Assembly: GCA_963745835.1 (NCBI GenBank)
Contig: CAVUZH010000013.1
Coordinates: 704,001 to 768,000, forward strand
DNA length: 64,000 nucleotides
Reading direction: 5' to 3'
DNA from: an uncultured delta proteobacterium
GTDB lineage: Bacteria; Desulfobacterota; Binatia; UBA9968
Within the stretch, counting starts at the first letter, position 1; every line of letters begins with the position of its first letter. Below the pieces are notes generated by a model that did not search any database, was not told the DNA's origin, and was given only the letters and a program-made list of their open reading frames with translations. The translations under genes and the position numbers were made by a program. Below, piece after piece: positions 9,160-19,075 of the stretch.

Positions 9160-10185
9160 TTACCTCTTCGGCAGAAGAACTTCTTTCAATTTCCCAACAG
9201 TGTCTGGCTGGAGATCGAAAAGAGTGCCGAACTTCTTGGTTATAGTCGGTCCGTCAATGACCTCGATATCGAGCTTGGACTTGTTAGCCTCCGCCAAAAA
9301 CTCCGGATCTTTCAGAGTGTCGACGAAAGCCTTCTGTAACAGCTCGAGCCGGTCCTTGGCCATGCCCGGCGGAACGGTGTAGGGGAACTGCGCGCCGTGG
9401 GCGCTGTCGGCGACGGTGACTAGCTGCCTGGCTAAGTCTGTCTTGGCGTAATTGATCGCCAGCGGCACTTTCTTGTACCTCGGGTGCGACTGGAGCGATG
9501 CTTGTAAGACAGCATGAATTTTTCCGCTCTCATAAGCGCTGCGCCAAACCGTTTCGACGGTCTGCCAGGAACCGCAATAGCCGTCGACCTCGCCCGACTC
9601 GACGGCTAGTCGCGCATCGGCGCCGCCCTTGTAACCCTCGAGCACGTCGAGCGGCAGGTTCAAGGCAGCTTTGAGGAGCCTGGGAATATCCGAGGTGCTC
9701 GTACCGGGGCCTATGGACGAAATCTTCATGGGACGCTTTGCCTTGAACCAATCGTCTATCGTCGCGATGCCGCTCTTGTCATTGAACGTGCAAACCGTGT
9801 CATAAGGGCTTGGCACGCCGAGATAGCCGAATTTTCGCGCATCGAACTTTACCGCCTCATTACCCATGATCTGCTGCAGCACCAGGGGCGCGGCCCAGGC
9901 GCCAATGGTGAGACCATCGGGCTTAGCGATGTTGTAAAGATGATTGGCGGCAATGATGCCGCTGGCGCCGGTCATGTTCTCGACCAGAGTCGTCGGATTA
10001 CCGGGAACATTCTTTGAGAAATGCCGCGCAATCACCCGGGTGTAGAGATCGAAGGATCCGCCGGCCGAATAGCCGACGATAAAGCGGATGGTCTTGTCCT
10101 TATAGAATTCCTGCGCTCCAGCCGGTTGCCCTGAAAGCACCGCTAAAAATATCAATGCGATCCATGTAGAAAAGATCCGTCGCAT
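9160..10185 (-). CDS. Tripartite tricarboxylate transporter substrate-binding protein (TctC/Bug family)
   Basis: FYKDKTIRFIVGYSAGGSFDLYTR, VENMTGASG, GYKGGADARLAVESGEVDG. Confidence 0.92.
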   Translation of the reverse strand: MRRIFSTWIALIFLAVLSGQPAGAQEFYKDKTIRFIVGYSAGGSFDLYTRVIARHFSKNVPGNPTTLVENMTGASGIIAANHLYNIAKPDGLTIGAWAAPLVLQQIMGNEAVKFDARKFGYLGVPSPYDTVCTFNDKSGIATIDDWFKAKRPMKISSIGPGTSTSDIPRLLKAALNLPLDVLEGYKGGADARLAVESGEVDGYCGSWQTVETVWRSAYESGKIHAVLQASLQSHPRYKKVPLAINYAKTDLARQLVTVADSAHGAQFPYTVPPGMAKDRLELLQKAFVDTLKDPEFLAEANKSKLDIEVIDGPTITKKFGTLFDLQPDTVGKLKEVLLPKR

Positions 10186-10203
10186 GCGTCCTCCTGCCTG
10201 TTG

Positions 10204-10806
10204 CTAGCCCCTGCCGATGAAAGGAATGGTTTTCTTTTCGGTGCGCTCGAGATAGCGCACAAAGGTGTATTTATTCTCGGCAAGATCGGTGTTCGGTCTC
10301 GGAATCTCGCGGTGCATCAAGCTTTCTTCCACCTTACAAACAAAGAATGAAAGCTCATTGCCGGCAAGAGCATCGATGCCGTGCTTTTTGAAATCTTCGA
10401 TATCGCGAATCGTGCGCGCGCTTTTGATGCCCGCGCCTTTAGCCATCGCCTCCAGATCCGTGTTTCCCGAAGTCGCGGTAGCGTAGCTGATGCGGCTGCC
10501 GCTGTAGACGCCGTTGTCAAAGACATAAACAATCAGGTTCTTAGGCTGCAGATTGCCGAGAGTGACGAGATTGAACAACGACAACAGCACGCTGCCGTCG
10601 GAATCGAGCACGATTACCTTGCGGTGCGGCAGGGCAAGAGCCAAGCCCATGCCGACGCCGATAGCACAGCCCATCATGCCCACCAATAAATTGCCTTCGT
10701 GTTTCGACAGATGCGACCACTCGATGCGCTGGCCGCTCTGGGACGTCACCAGCAATTGATCGGTTATGTTCGCGGCAAGCAGTTCCAAGCATTGGTAGCG
10801 GATCAT
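10204..10806 (-). CDS. ThDP-dependent decarboxylase beta subunit (ComE/phosphonopyruvate decarboxylase-like), copy 1
   Basis: GMMGCAIGVGMGLALA, DSDGSVLL...FDNGVY ThDP-Mg motif variant. Confidence 0.85.
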   Translation of the reverse strand: MIRYQCLELLAANITDQLLVTSQSGQRIEWSHLSKHEGNLLVGMMGCAIGVGMGLALALPHRKVIVLDSDGSVLLSLFNLVTLGNLQPKNLIVYVFDNGVYSGSRISYATATSGNTDLEAMAKGAGIKSARTIRDIEDFKKHGIDALAGNELSFFVCKVEESLMHREIPRPNTDLAENKYTFVRYLERTEKKTIPFIGRG

Positions 10807-11318
10807 AGCGAAAACTCTCCGGCAAACAGCAGCGCGAAGGGCGCTCGCAAAGCATTCATGCCGCGCACCGCGTCTTTGATTTTGATTTCCAGCCTGTCGC
10901 CGTCTTCGAGCAGCATGTGCTCGATGCCCAATCCCTGCAAAACCGGAATCGTATGATTGCCGATGGTGGCGTAGAGAAAACTATTGCGCTGATCGGCGAT
11001 GCCGCCCAAAAAACCGACCACCAGCAATATCGGCACCCCCAATTGTTTGCCCACCGCAAGCAAGCTGTAGCTGGAAACATAGATGCCGGTATTTTCCATG
11101 TACACAGCGGCCTGCTTGCCGCCGAGAGTTGCGCCGGCGGCGATCGTCACCGCTTCCTGTTCGCTTGCGGCTGCAATCAACTCGATCTCAGGATCGTTCC
11201 GAATCAAGGGAACGATCTGGCTAAGCCGGGTTTCCGGCAGGTAAGTAACGAAATTGATTCCAGCGTTTTTGAGACCCTGAACGATACGTTGCGCTAGTTC
11301 GTCTGTCATAGATGGCAA
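10803..11318 (-). CDS. ThDP-dependent decarboxylase alpha subunit (ComD-like), copy 1
   Basis: GINFVTYLPETRL, SEQEAVTIAAGATLGG, YMENTG; ATGA overlap with beta. Confidence 0.85.
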   Translation of the reverse strand: MPSMTDELAQRIVQGLKNAGINFVTYLPETRLSQIVPLIRNDPEIELIAAASEQEAVTIAAGATLGGKQAAVYMENTGIYVSSYSLLAVGKQLGVPILLVVGFLGGIADQRNSFLYATIGNHTIPVLQGLGIEHMLLEDGDRLEIKIKDAVRGMNALRAPFALLFAGEFSL

Positions 11319-11427
11319 TTTGAATTAGCAACTAAAATGATCTGCCGCAACGGCGTCCGAGAAGAACAATCGAATGATGGACTACTTGGTCAAATCCAGC
11401 CCCACTATTCCATGACTCACTACTCCA

Positions 11428-13677
11428 TTAATCCCGTCTGCCGCGTAGCGCCCACAAAACCTTCTCGGCCGTGATCGGCAAATCATAGATGCGCACGCCG
11501 ACAGCGTCATGCACGGCGTTGGCGATGGCCGCTGCGGTCGGAATCACCGGCGGCTCGCCGATGCTCATCGCGCCATAGGGACCATTGCCCACCGGGTTCT
11601 CCTGAATGATCGTCTTCAGTGGCGGCACATCCATGATCGATGGAATCTTACTGTCGCCAAAGTTGGTGGTCATCACTTTACCGCCATCGATCATGACCTC
11701 TTCCATGAGCGCGTAACCGATGCCCATGACGACGCCGCCGTCGATCTGGCCCTGGTGCATGAGCGGATTGAGCACGGTTCCGGTGCTGTGCGCGGTGGTA
11801 AACTGCTTGACCGTCACCTGCCCCGTTCCGACATCGACCTCGACTTCGGCGATCTGAGCGCAAAGCGCGGCTTCAGGACCGGACTCGAAATTCTTGTAGA
11901 AGCCGTGGCCGCGAATTCCCTCGCCGCTGGCTTGAGCAATCTCGCCATAGCTGATGCTCTTGCCCGCCGCGCTCCGCACCGTTCCGTCTCCACCCAGAAA
12001 AAGCTCTTCCTTGGCGACACCCAGCTTGTAGCTCGCAATCTCGATCAACTGTTCTCTGGCTTGCGCCGCGCCGAGCCGGGTTGCATGGCCGAAAATCCGG
12101 GTGCCACGGCTGGCGCCAATTCCGGTATCCGTACCGACCTCGCTGGTATCCAACGTTGCCACGCGGACCTTCTCTAGCGGCAGCTTGAGTTCTTCGGCCG
12201 CTACCAGCCGCATTGCGGTGTGCGTTCCCGCCCCTTGATCGAGCATTGCCGTGGCAACCGTAACCGTCCCCTGACCATCGATCGTGACCAGCGCGTGGCA
12301 CTCACCGCCCAGCGGCAGCCACTGAGCCAAGCCGATTCCACGACCGGAATGTTTTCGTTTGGGTCGGCGATAGCCCGATTGTTCAACCGCGCTTTCGACG
12401 AGCTCGGCGCTTTTGATATGCGGGATGACGTGGCCGATCGGCGAAAGCTCACCGTCGCGCAGCAAATTCTTTTCCCTGAAAGCCACCGGATCCATGTCGA
12501 GCTGCCTGGCGATAAGATCCATCTGCGATTCGTTGGCGAAAAACCCTTGGGGATCTCCCGGCGCGCGCATATGTCCGCACGGAATTTTATTGGTGTAAAC
12601 GATCCGCTCGCGGATAAAAACATTGGGAATGCGGTAAGGTCCGGCGGCCTCTTTGGGGCCAACGAGATAACCCTGCGGCTTGAAGGCGCCGTAAGCGCCG
12701 CTGTCGAATACATATTCCATGCGATGAGCGATCAGCCGACCGTCTTTGTTTACGCCGGTTTTTACCCGCACGATGGCAGCGTGACGCGGATTTCCGGCAA
12801 CGAATTCTTCTGCATAATCCATCACCATTTTCACCGGCCGGCCGCTCTTCAAGGACAGCAGGTAACAGACCGGCACGTCCATGAAATCGCCTTTGCCGCC
12901 GAAGCAACCGCCGATATAACAAGGATGAACCGTGAAATGCTCAAGGCGTTTGCCAAACGCCGTGGCGACCTGTTCGCGCAGCGCGAACGGCACTTTCGAG
13001 CAGGCCCAAATATCGGCATGACGCTGTTCCTGTGCTTGGACGACACAGGCGTGCGGCTCTATATATGCCTGATGGACCGGTCTGGTGGTAAAAACATTTT
13101 CGACGACGATGTCGGATTCGCGGAACCCCGCTTCGACATCGCCTTTCTTCCAATTCATGTCAACAAAAACGTTGCTCGGCGTTTCAATCGGATGAAGCAA
13201 GCCCCGATATGCGCTTACGTCCGGGTGAAGCAGCGGCGCGTTCGACTCGATCGCTTGCAGCGGGTCGAGCAGCGGTTCCATCTCTTCATAGTCGACCGCG
13301 ATCAATTCCACCGCCTGTTCGGCAATCGCTTCGGTCTCGGCCGCAACCGCCGCTACTTTCTCACCGATGAACCTGACAACGCCGTCGGCGAGGATCGGCA
13401 TATCGTAGATTTTCCGGCCAATCAAAAGACCTTTGACGTCTTCGCCAGTGGCAACCGCGCGCACGCCGGGCAAAGCCAATGCGCGGCTGGTATCGATCTT
13501 GGTGATGCGGCCGTAAGAAATCGGGCTGCGCAGAACTTTACACCAGAGCATTTCCGGCAACACTACGTCAGTGGCATATAGCGCCTGGCCCGATACTTTT
13601 TCCGGACCTTCCAGACGTTGCGTCGGGGTGCCAATGAGATTGCGGATTTTGTTATTCGGATGATCGATTGCTTTCAC
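11428..13677 (-). CDS. Xanthine dehydrogenase/aldehyde oxidoreductase family molybdopterin-binding subunit
   Basis: EKVSGQALYATD, HQAYIEPH, GGCFGGK, HMRAPG, GQIDGG, IGEPP, AIANAVHDAVG. Confidence 0.93.
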   Translation of the reverse strand: MKAIDHPNNKIRNLIGTPTQRLEGPEKVSGQALYATDVVLPEMLWCKVLRSPISYGRITKIDTSRALALPGVRAVATGEDVKGLLIGRKIYDMPILADGVVRFIGEKVAAVAAETEAIAEQAVELIAVDYEEMEPLLDPLQAIESNAPLLHPDVSAYRGLLHPIETPSNVFVDMNWKKGDVEAGFRESDIVVENVFTTRPVHQAYIEPHACVVQAQEQRHADIWACSKVPFALREQVATAFGKRLEHFTVHPCYIGGCFGGKGDFMDVPVCYLLSLKSGRPVKMVMDYAEEFVAGNPRHAAIVRVKTGVNKDGRLIAHRMEYVFDSGAYGAFKPQGYLVGPKEAAGPYRIPNVFIRERIVYTNKIPCGHMRAPGDPQGFFANESQMDLIARQLDMDPVAFREKNLLRDGELSPIGHVIPHIKSAELVESAVEQSGYRRPKRKHSGRGIGLAQWLPLGGECHALVTIDGQGTVTVATAMLDQGAGTHTAMRLVAAEELKLPLEKVRVATLDTSEVGTDTGIGASRGTRIFGHATRLGAAQAREQLIEIASYKLGVAKEELFLGGDGTVRSAAGKSISYGEIAQASGEGIRGHGFYKNFESGPEAALCAQIAEVEVDVGTGQVTVKQFTTAHSTGTVLNPLMHQGQIDGGVVMGIGYALMEEVMIDGGKVMTTNFGDSKIPSIMDVPPLKTIIQENPVGNGPYGAMSIGEPPVIPTAAAIANAVHDAVGVRIYDLPITAEKVLWALRGRRD

Positions 13678-13678
13678 T

Positions 13679-14434
13679 TCATTCCCTACCGGCGGCGTCC
13701 AGAGCGGCTTGCAGGCATACGCCGTGCAGATCCACGGCTGTTAGCCCGCAATATTCCAGACTGTACCCAGGCCGCGCGGTCGCCATGCCGTCTTCGAAGA
13801 GCCGCTGCAAAACCACCCGTCTGAAACTGCCGTGACCCATCACGCCGTCGTGCTCCTCGAGGTCGGCCTCTTCATGAGTCGAAAAATAGACCGCCTGCTC
13901 GCGGGTTAAACCGTAATGCGCCGTCAGCGCTTTGAAAAATTCCGCCGACCAGTAGCCAGTCTGCTCTTCGGTCGCGCCCGCGGCATAGAACTCGGCCACG
14001 GTTCCTTCCCAAAGAATCGATCGTTTGAAATCGAGCTTGGCGCGAAACTCGGCCAGCATCGGCGCGAGAAAAATCTCATCTTCAGTAATGCCCAGCGCCT
14101 TGGCGGTTTCCACTACGACGTGGACGTGACCCGGAGGTTTGGGGTGAATCAACTCATCGGCCAGCTTTGCTGCCATGGGTGCCATGAGATCTCGATGCTT
14201 GCGGAAAAAAGAAATGTGCTTGTGGTAAGACGCAGCCTCCAGGGTGTTTATCTCGATGGTATACGAGCCCCAGTTCTTAAAAAAAATCCTCAAGGCTTTC
14301 TCAGGGAGCTTTCCCGCTCGTAACTGTTTCATAAAGGGCCCGTCGGTCACTCTTTCCTGCCAGCGCTTGGCAACTTTGCGGTAATGCTCATCGACCAGCG
14401 CTTTGGCTTGCCGGCTATCCATCGAGGTCGTCAT
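13679..14434 (-). CDS. Heme-oxygenase-like (TenA/PqqC/CADD) diiron redox protein
   Basis: HO-like pattern with E, DE..H..H, EEQ and YFSTHEEADLEEH candidate metal ligands. Confidence 0.8.
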   Translation of the reverse strand: MTTSMDSRQAKALVDEHYRKVAKRWQERVTDGPFMKQLRAGKLPEKALRIFFKNWGSYTIEINTLEAASYHKHISFFRKHRDLMAPMAAKLADELIHPKPPGHVHVVVETAKALGITEDEIFLAPMLAEFRAKLDFKRSILWEGTVAEFYAAGATEEQTGYWSAEFFKALTAHYGLTREQAVYFSTHEEADLEEHDGVMGHGSFRRVVLQRLFEDGMATARPGYSLEYCGLTAVDLHGVCLQAALDAAGRE

Positions 14435-14452
14435 CTGATTCTCCTGTACCTG

Positions 14453-15052
14453 TTAATTGTGACTGCGAACGAACCGTTTCCTCTCGGTTCGTTCGAGATA
14501 CCGAACGAATAAATACTTGTTCTCTAGGGGATCCATATCGGTCCGCGGGATGCGGCGATGCTCGCTGCTTTCTTCCACCTTGCACACGATAAATTTCAAT
14601 CGGTTCTCTTTCATCGCCGCCGTCATTTCCTGTTTAAACGATTGAAGGTCGCGCACAGTCACAGCATTTTCAATACCGGCGGCTTGCGCCATCTTGGCCA
14701 GGTCGGTTTTTCCCGCAGTGGCTGTCGGTTCGCTGATCCGGGTGCCGCTGTAGGAAGCGTTGTCGAAAACGAAAATTATCAAGTTGTTTAAATCGAGATT
14801 GGCCAGGGTCGGCAGATTGAACAACGATAAAAGAACGCTGCCGTCCGATTCCAAGACGATAACTTTTCGCTGCGGCAGAGCGACAGCCAGGCCCATGCCT
14901 ACTCCCAGCGCCGTCCCCATGGTGCCGACCAGAAGATTGCCTTCGTGCTTGGATAAGTGTGCCCACTCGATTTTCTGACCGCTTAAAGAAGTCACGACGA
15001 TCTGGTCCGTAATCAGCGGCGCGAGCAGCTCAAGGCAGTCGAATCGGATCAT
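14453..15052 (-). CDS. ThDP-dependent decarboxylase beta subunit, copy 2
   Basis: MIRFDCLELL, GTMGTALGVGMG, ESDGSVLL, FDNASY. Confidence 0.85.
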   Translation of the reverse strand: MIRFDCLELLAPLITDQIVVTSLSGQKIEWAHLSKHEGNLLVGTMGTALGVGMGLAVALPQRKVIVLESDGSVLLSLFNLPTLANLDLNNLIIFVFDNASYSGTRISEPTATAGKTDLAKMAQAAGIENAVTVRDLQSFKQEMTAAMKENRLKFIVCKVEESSEHRRIPRTDMDPLENKYLFVRYLERTERKRFVRSHN

Positions 15053-15573
15053 CGGGTAAAATCTCCGCTAAACAGAAGAGCTACCGGAAGCTTGAGCGCC
15101 TGGGTGTGGCGCGCCGCGTCTTTGATGCAAATTTCGAGATTGTGACCAGTTTCAACCAGCCGATACTGAATCTCCAAAGCGTCGAGCACCGGCGTCACAT
15201 ACGCTCCCGAAACCGCATAGACGGAATTGTTGCGCTGATCGGCAAAGCTACCCAGATGGGCGATCAGCAGCAGGAGCGGCACTCCGAAACGTTTTGCAAT
15301 CGATAAAATGCTGTAGCAGGAGACGTAGAGCCCGGTGCATTCCATGTAAATTGCAACTTGCTTGCCGCCCAAAGCTGCGCCGGCGCCGATCGTGATTGCC
15401 TCGGCTTCACTGGACACCGGAATGAGCTTGAACGAATCGTCGCTTCTAATCAGCGGCAGGATTTGGCTTAGCCTGGTTTCAGGCAAATAGGTGATGACGT
15501 CGATGCCTGCTTCACGTAAGCCGGTGACCAGTTTTTGCGCAAGTTCTTGTTCCATGGGGACTACTGTCCTCAT
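15049..15573 (-). CDS. ThDP-dependent decarboxylase alpha subunit, copy 2
   Basis: YLPETRL, SEAEAITIGAGAALGG. Confidence 0.85.
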   Translation of the reverse strand: MRTVVPMEQELAQKLVTGLREAGIDVITYLPETRLSQILPLIRSDDSFKLIPVSSEAEAITIGAGAALGGKQVAIYMECTGLYVSCYSILSIAKRFGVPLLLLIAHLGSFADQRNNSVYAVSGAYVTPVLDALEIQYRLVETGHNLEICIKDAARHTQALKLPVALLFSGDFTR

Positions 15574-15766
15574 TCAGAAGTCTGCAAAGCTCGACGAGTT
15601 CGAGTGATGCTCGCGGAATCAGGGCATCAGCTCTCACTACTCTCGCCCTTTGCTAAGGGATACAAAAGAAGGGGTATGCCAGCTTGCCCATAATGACAAC
15701 TGAATCATACAACGAGGTTCATAGACACACCGCAGTTAACCGGGATAGATTTTAGCCAGTCGTTTC

Positions 15767-16762
15767 TCACTTCACCCCCAGCTCCTGGTTGACCTCGCGT
15801 TGCAGTGAAAAATCGAAAACCTTCGACGGTGACACTGGCTCCTTCAGTTTGAGAAGCTCGGCTTCGGACTTGAGAAACTCCTCGATCTCTTTATCAGAAG
15901 GGATGCCGTTCAAAGTGAACGCCGGTTTTGCCAGGCGGTACGATTCCACCGCCACGGGCAGCTCAACGTTCTGATATTTTGCCAGGACTTCGCTGGTGCC
16001 GCGCTCATTTTCCATGAAGTAACGGTTCGCCCGCATGCGCGCGCGTAAGACGCGCTTCAGGACATCTCTTTTTTCGCGCAGAAATTTTTCCGTCACCGCG
16101 GTGCCATTCTGAAGGTTGGCCAGATCTTCCATTGCCGAACCGAGAACGTTCATGTTGTACTTGTCCCGCGCCAGAATAACGGTCGGCGGCGAAAGCGCCG
16201 CGGCATCGATGGTTCTGCCGACCAGACTTTGCAGCTGAGCCGGGACGTCGCCGCCGACAACTACAGTAATATCCTTTTCGTCGACGCCGCCTTTGCGTAT
16301 CAGACGCATAGCCGCCGAGTGCTGCGAGCCGCCCAAAGTGGTGGTGCCCAAGGTTTTGCCTTTGAGCTGAGCAATAGAGGTGATTTCCGTCCTGGATACC
16401 AGCCAGAAGAGATTGCGTTTCAGACTGACAGTCAGAATCTTCATCGGCAGCTCGCTGCGCTCCAGCGCTCGGATGACGGTGCCAACACCGTTGGTAGCTT
16501 GAACCTGCCCGCTCAAGGCCGCGGCGATGGCGACGTTGCCGCGAATCTGAACGATGTCGACATCGAGCCCTTCGTCGCGGAAGAACCCGCGGTCTCTGGC
16601 GATATAAAGATCGATGGCGGCAATGCTGCGGCTTGGGATCGAGAAGATCAGCTTCTCGGCGGTTTGGGCCAGCGACGAGTCAATCGAAAATAAAACCCCG
16701 AGCACGGAGAGAATCACAGAGAAGCCAGCGGCATAAATTTTTCGGCTAAGGGTAATCAGCAT
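15767..16762 (-). CDS. ABC-type substrate-binding protein, NMT1/SsuA-like
   Basis: Signal peptide; IARDRGFFRDEGLDV, LKGKTLG. Confidence 0.88.
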   Translation of the reverse strand: MLITLSRKIYAAGFSVILSVLGVLFSIDSSLAQTAEKLIFSIPSRSIAAIDLYIARDRGFFRDEGLDVDIVQIRGNVAIAAALSGQVQATNGVGTVIRALERSELPMKILTVSLKRNLFWLVSRTEITSIAQLKGKTLGTTTLGGSQHSAAMRLIRKGGVDEKDITVVVGGDVPAQLQSLVGRTIDAAALSPPTVILARDKYNMNVLGSAMEDLANLQNGTAVTEKFLREKRDVLKRVLRARMRANRYFMENERGTSEVLAKYQNVELPVAVESYRLAKPAFTLNGIPSDKEIEEFLKSEAELLKLKEPVSPSKVFDFSLQREVNQELGVK

Positions 16763-16820
16763 GAAAGCCTCGGTAGTGTGATGTTGTCGCCTCGATGATC
16801 GCGCTCAGTGGCAGCCGCAG

Positions 16821-17789
16821 CTACTTAGGGGTTTCGCCCATTTCCTTCAAGATCTCACGCACGATACTAAAATCAAATACGTCGTCCACCGCGACGTTCC
16901 TCTTGGTTTCGACATTCCAACGCGTGCTCTCGATCACATTTTCCAAGGTGGGCCTGGATACCAGGAGGTTACGGCTGTAGTTCTTGTAGTTGTGCTGATA
17001 GGCCTCCTCGGCGACTTCCGGTTTCGATCTGCCCCAAGCGGCAAGAATCTTGATCGCGCCCTTGGGGTTATCCAAAATAAACCGGTTGGCCCGCAGCAGA
17101 GCGCGGGTTATTTTCTTTACTTCGTCTCGATCGTTTTTGAGCTTCTGTTCGTGCAGTCCGATGCCGTTCACCGGAAAAGCAAACAGATCGCGAACATTCA
17201 ATAATGTTTTGAAGCCGGCGGCTTCGGCCCGCAGATTTCCCGGCGGCGTTAGAAATGCCGCCTGAACAACCCCGGTTTGCAATTGCGTGAGTCGCGCCGA
17301 GCTGCTGCCGGCGGCAACATACTGGACATCGCTTTTCGGGTCGAGCTTGAAGTGCGCTGATGTCAGCCGGGCGAGGATATCGACCAGAGAGCCGAACGAG
17401 CTAATCGCGATCTTCTTGCCTTTAAGATCAGCAAACTTTTGGATGCTCGGGTGAACCACGACCGCGTGGTTTGGCCGCTCGATCAAAATGCCGGTGACTT
17501 TGAGCGGCAGCCCGCGAAGATTCGCGGTGACGACGGATTGTAAGATAAGATTGTAATCGATATTGCCGGCCGCCAGAGCCGCAACCGACACATTGGCGTT
17601 CATCTGCAGCACGTCGACGTCCAGTCCCTCATCTTTGAAGTAGCCTTGAAAATGAGCGACACCGCCGCTCAGAAACGACATGTCGGGATTGGATACACCG
17701 ATGTAAATAGTTTTGGCTTCAACGCTCTGAAATCCTAAAGTAACGAAAGCAATTAAAAAGCCGGTTATCTTACACACTCGAAGTTTCAT
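16821..17789 (-). CDS. ABC-type substrate-binding protein, NMT1/SsuA-like
   Basis: Signal peptide; GYFKDEGLDV, DLKGKKIAISSFGS. Confidence 0.88.
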   Translation of the reverse strand: MKLRVCKITGFLIAFVTLGFQSVEAKTIYIGVSNPDMSFLSGGVAHFQGYFKDEGLDVDVLQMNANVSVAALAAGNIDYNLILQSVVTANLRGLPLKVTGILIERPNHAVVVHPSIQKFADLKGKKIAISSFGSLVDILARLTSAHFKLDPKSDVQYVAAGSSSARLTQLQTGVVQAAFLTPPGNLRAEAAGFKTLLNVRDLFAFPVNGIGLHEQKLKNDRDEVKKITRALLRANRFILDNPKGAIKILAAWGRSKPEVAEEAYQHNYKNYSRNLLVSRPTLENVIESTRWNVETKRNVAVDDVFDFSIVREILKEMGETPK

Positions 17790-17836
17790 CTTTCATTCTC
17801 CCGTTGCAAGTTGATCGTAATAAGCAAGAAGTTCCT

Positions 17837-17961
17837 GCAGGCTGCTCAAAAGATCTCATAGGCGAGGCGCGCGATGGCCGACGAGCGGAAGCGTACGTGG
17901 TGAGTACGTTGAGCGAGTCGGGCAAGCGTAACGAAGCATATGAGGCTTTTCCGCAGCCTGC
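17837..17961. mobile_element. 125-bp MITE-like element with terminal inverted repeats
   Basis: Left gcaggctgctcaaaagatctcata; right tatgaggcttttccgcagcctgc; internal palindrome cgtacg..gtacg. Confidence 0.75.
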
Positions 17962-18467
17962 TAATCGGTAAATTCGCCGGTGAACAACAGAGCCACCGGC
18001 AACTTCAAAGCATTCATCATGCGCACGGCGTCATCGATTCGCGCCTCGAGATGGTCCCCAGATTCGACCACGACGTGTTCGATGCCGATGGTCTTTAGCA
18101 GGCTCATCGTTTTGATGCCATAGTGAGAAAACAAAAAAGAGTTTCGCTGATCATCGAAGCTGCCGACGAAAGCTACTAGCAGAAGCATCGGCACGCCATA
18201 GCGCTCGCCAACGGTAAGGAGGTTGTAAGCGGAGACAAACAGGCCGGTTCCTTCCATGTAGACTGCCGCGCGTTTGCCGCCTAAAGCGGCTCCGGCGGCA
18301 ATGCCCACCGCTTCCGCTTCACTCGATACCGGCGCCAGGGTAAAAGCCTCGTCCGCTTTCATCACCGGAAGAATCTCGCTCAATCTGGTCTCGGGAATGT
18401 AACTGACGAAATCGATCCCGGCTCGTTTTAGCGCGGCAACCATTTTATGAGCCAACTCCGGTTTCAT
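17961..18467 (-). CDS. ThDP-dependent decarboxylase alpha subunit, copy 4 (no beta downstream)
   Basis: YIPETRL, SEAEAVGIAAGAALGG, YMEGTG. Confidence 0.85.
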   Translation of the reverse strand: MKPELAHKMVAALKRAGIDFVSYIPETRLSEILPVMKADEAFTLAPVSSEAEAVGIAAGAALGGKRAAVYMEGTGLFVSAYNLLTVGERYGVPMLLLVAFVGSFDDQRNSFLFSHYGIKTMSLLKTIGIEHVVVESGDHLEARIDDAVRMMNALKLPVALLFTGEFTD

Positions 18468-18475
18468 AATCCCGG

Positions 18476-19075
18476 CTACCCACGCCCATGAAAAATCGGT
18501 TTGCCTTCGGTGCGTTCAAGATAACGCACGAAACGATACTTTGTTTCCAACAGATCGACGTTGCTTCTGGTAATTTGTCGGTGGCCGACGCTCTCTTCGA
18601 TCTTACAGACTACGAAACGCAAGCCGTTTTCATTAAGGGCTCCTGTTGCTTCGGTTTTGAAATCCTCCAACTCCGAGACCGTCACGGAATGCTCGATGCC
18701 CGACCCTCGAGCCACCGCAGCCAGATCCGTCCTGCCTGCGGTAGCGCTCGGGTAACTGATTCGCGTGCCGCTGTAAGCCTGATTGTCGAAAACGAATACC
18801 GCCAGATTCGCCGGGTTCAGATTGGCCAAAGTCGGCAGGTTAAAGAGCGAAAGCAGCACGCTGCCATCGGATTCGAAGACAAACACTTTTCGGTGCGGCA
18901 GCGCCAGCGCCAGGCCGATGCCGACCGCAAGGGCATTTCCCATGGAGCCGAGATTGAGGTCGGCCTCTCGCTTCGACAGATGCCCCCATTCGACTCTCTG
19001 ACCGCTCAGCGACGTGACCACCAGTTGGTCGGTCATGAGCGGCGCCAGCCATTCGAAACAATCGTACCGAATCAT
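18476..19075 (-). CDS. ThDP-dependent decarboxylase beta subunit, copy 3
   Basis: GSMGNALAVGIG, ESDGSVLL, FDNQAY. Confidence 0.85.
   Translation of the reverse strand: MIRYDCFEWLAPLMTDQLVVTSLSGQRVEWGHLSKREADLNLGSMGNALAVGIGLALALPHRKVFVFESDGSVLLSLFNLPTLANLNPANLAVFVFDNQAYSGTRISYPSATAGRTDLAAVARGSGIEHSVTVSELEDFKTEATGALNENGLRFVVCKIEESVGHRQITRSNVDLLETKYRFVRYLERTEGKPIFHGRG

Noticed and set aside
12220-13581. 453-aa plus-strand ORF and similar long antisense ORFs (e.g. 19743-20594, 56537-57295)
   Set aside because: Shadow frames of well-supported genes in GC-rich DNA, with no motifs
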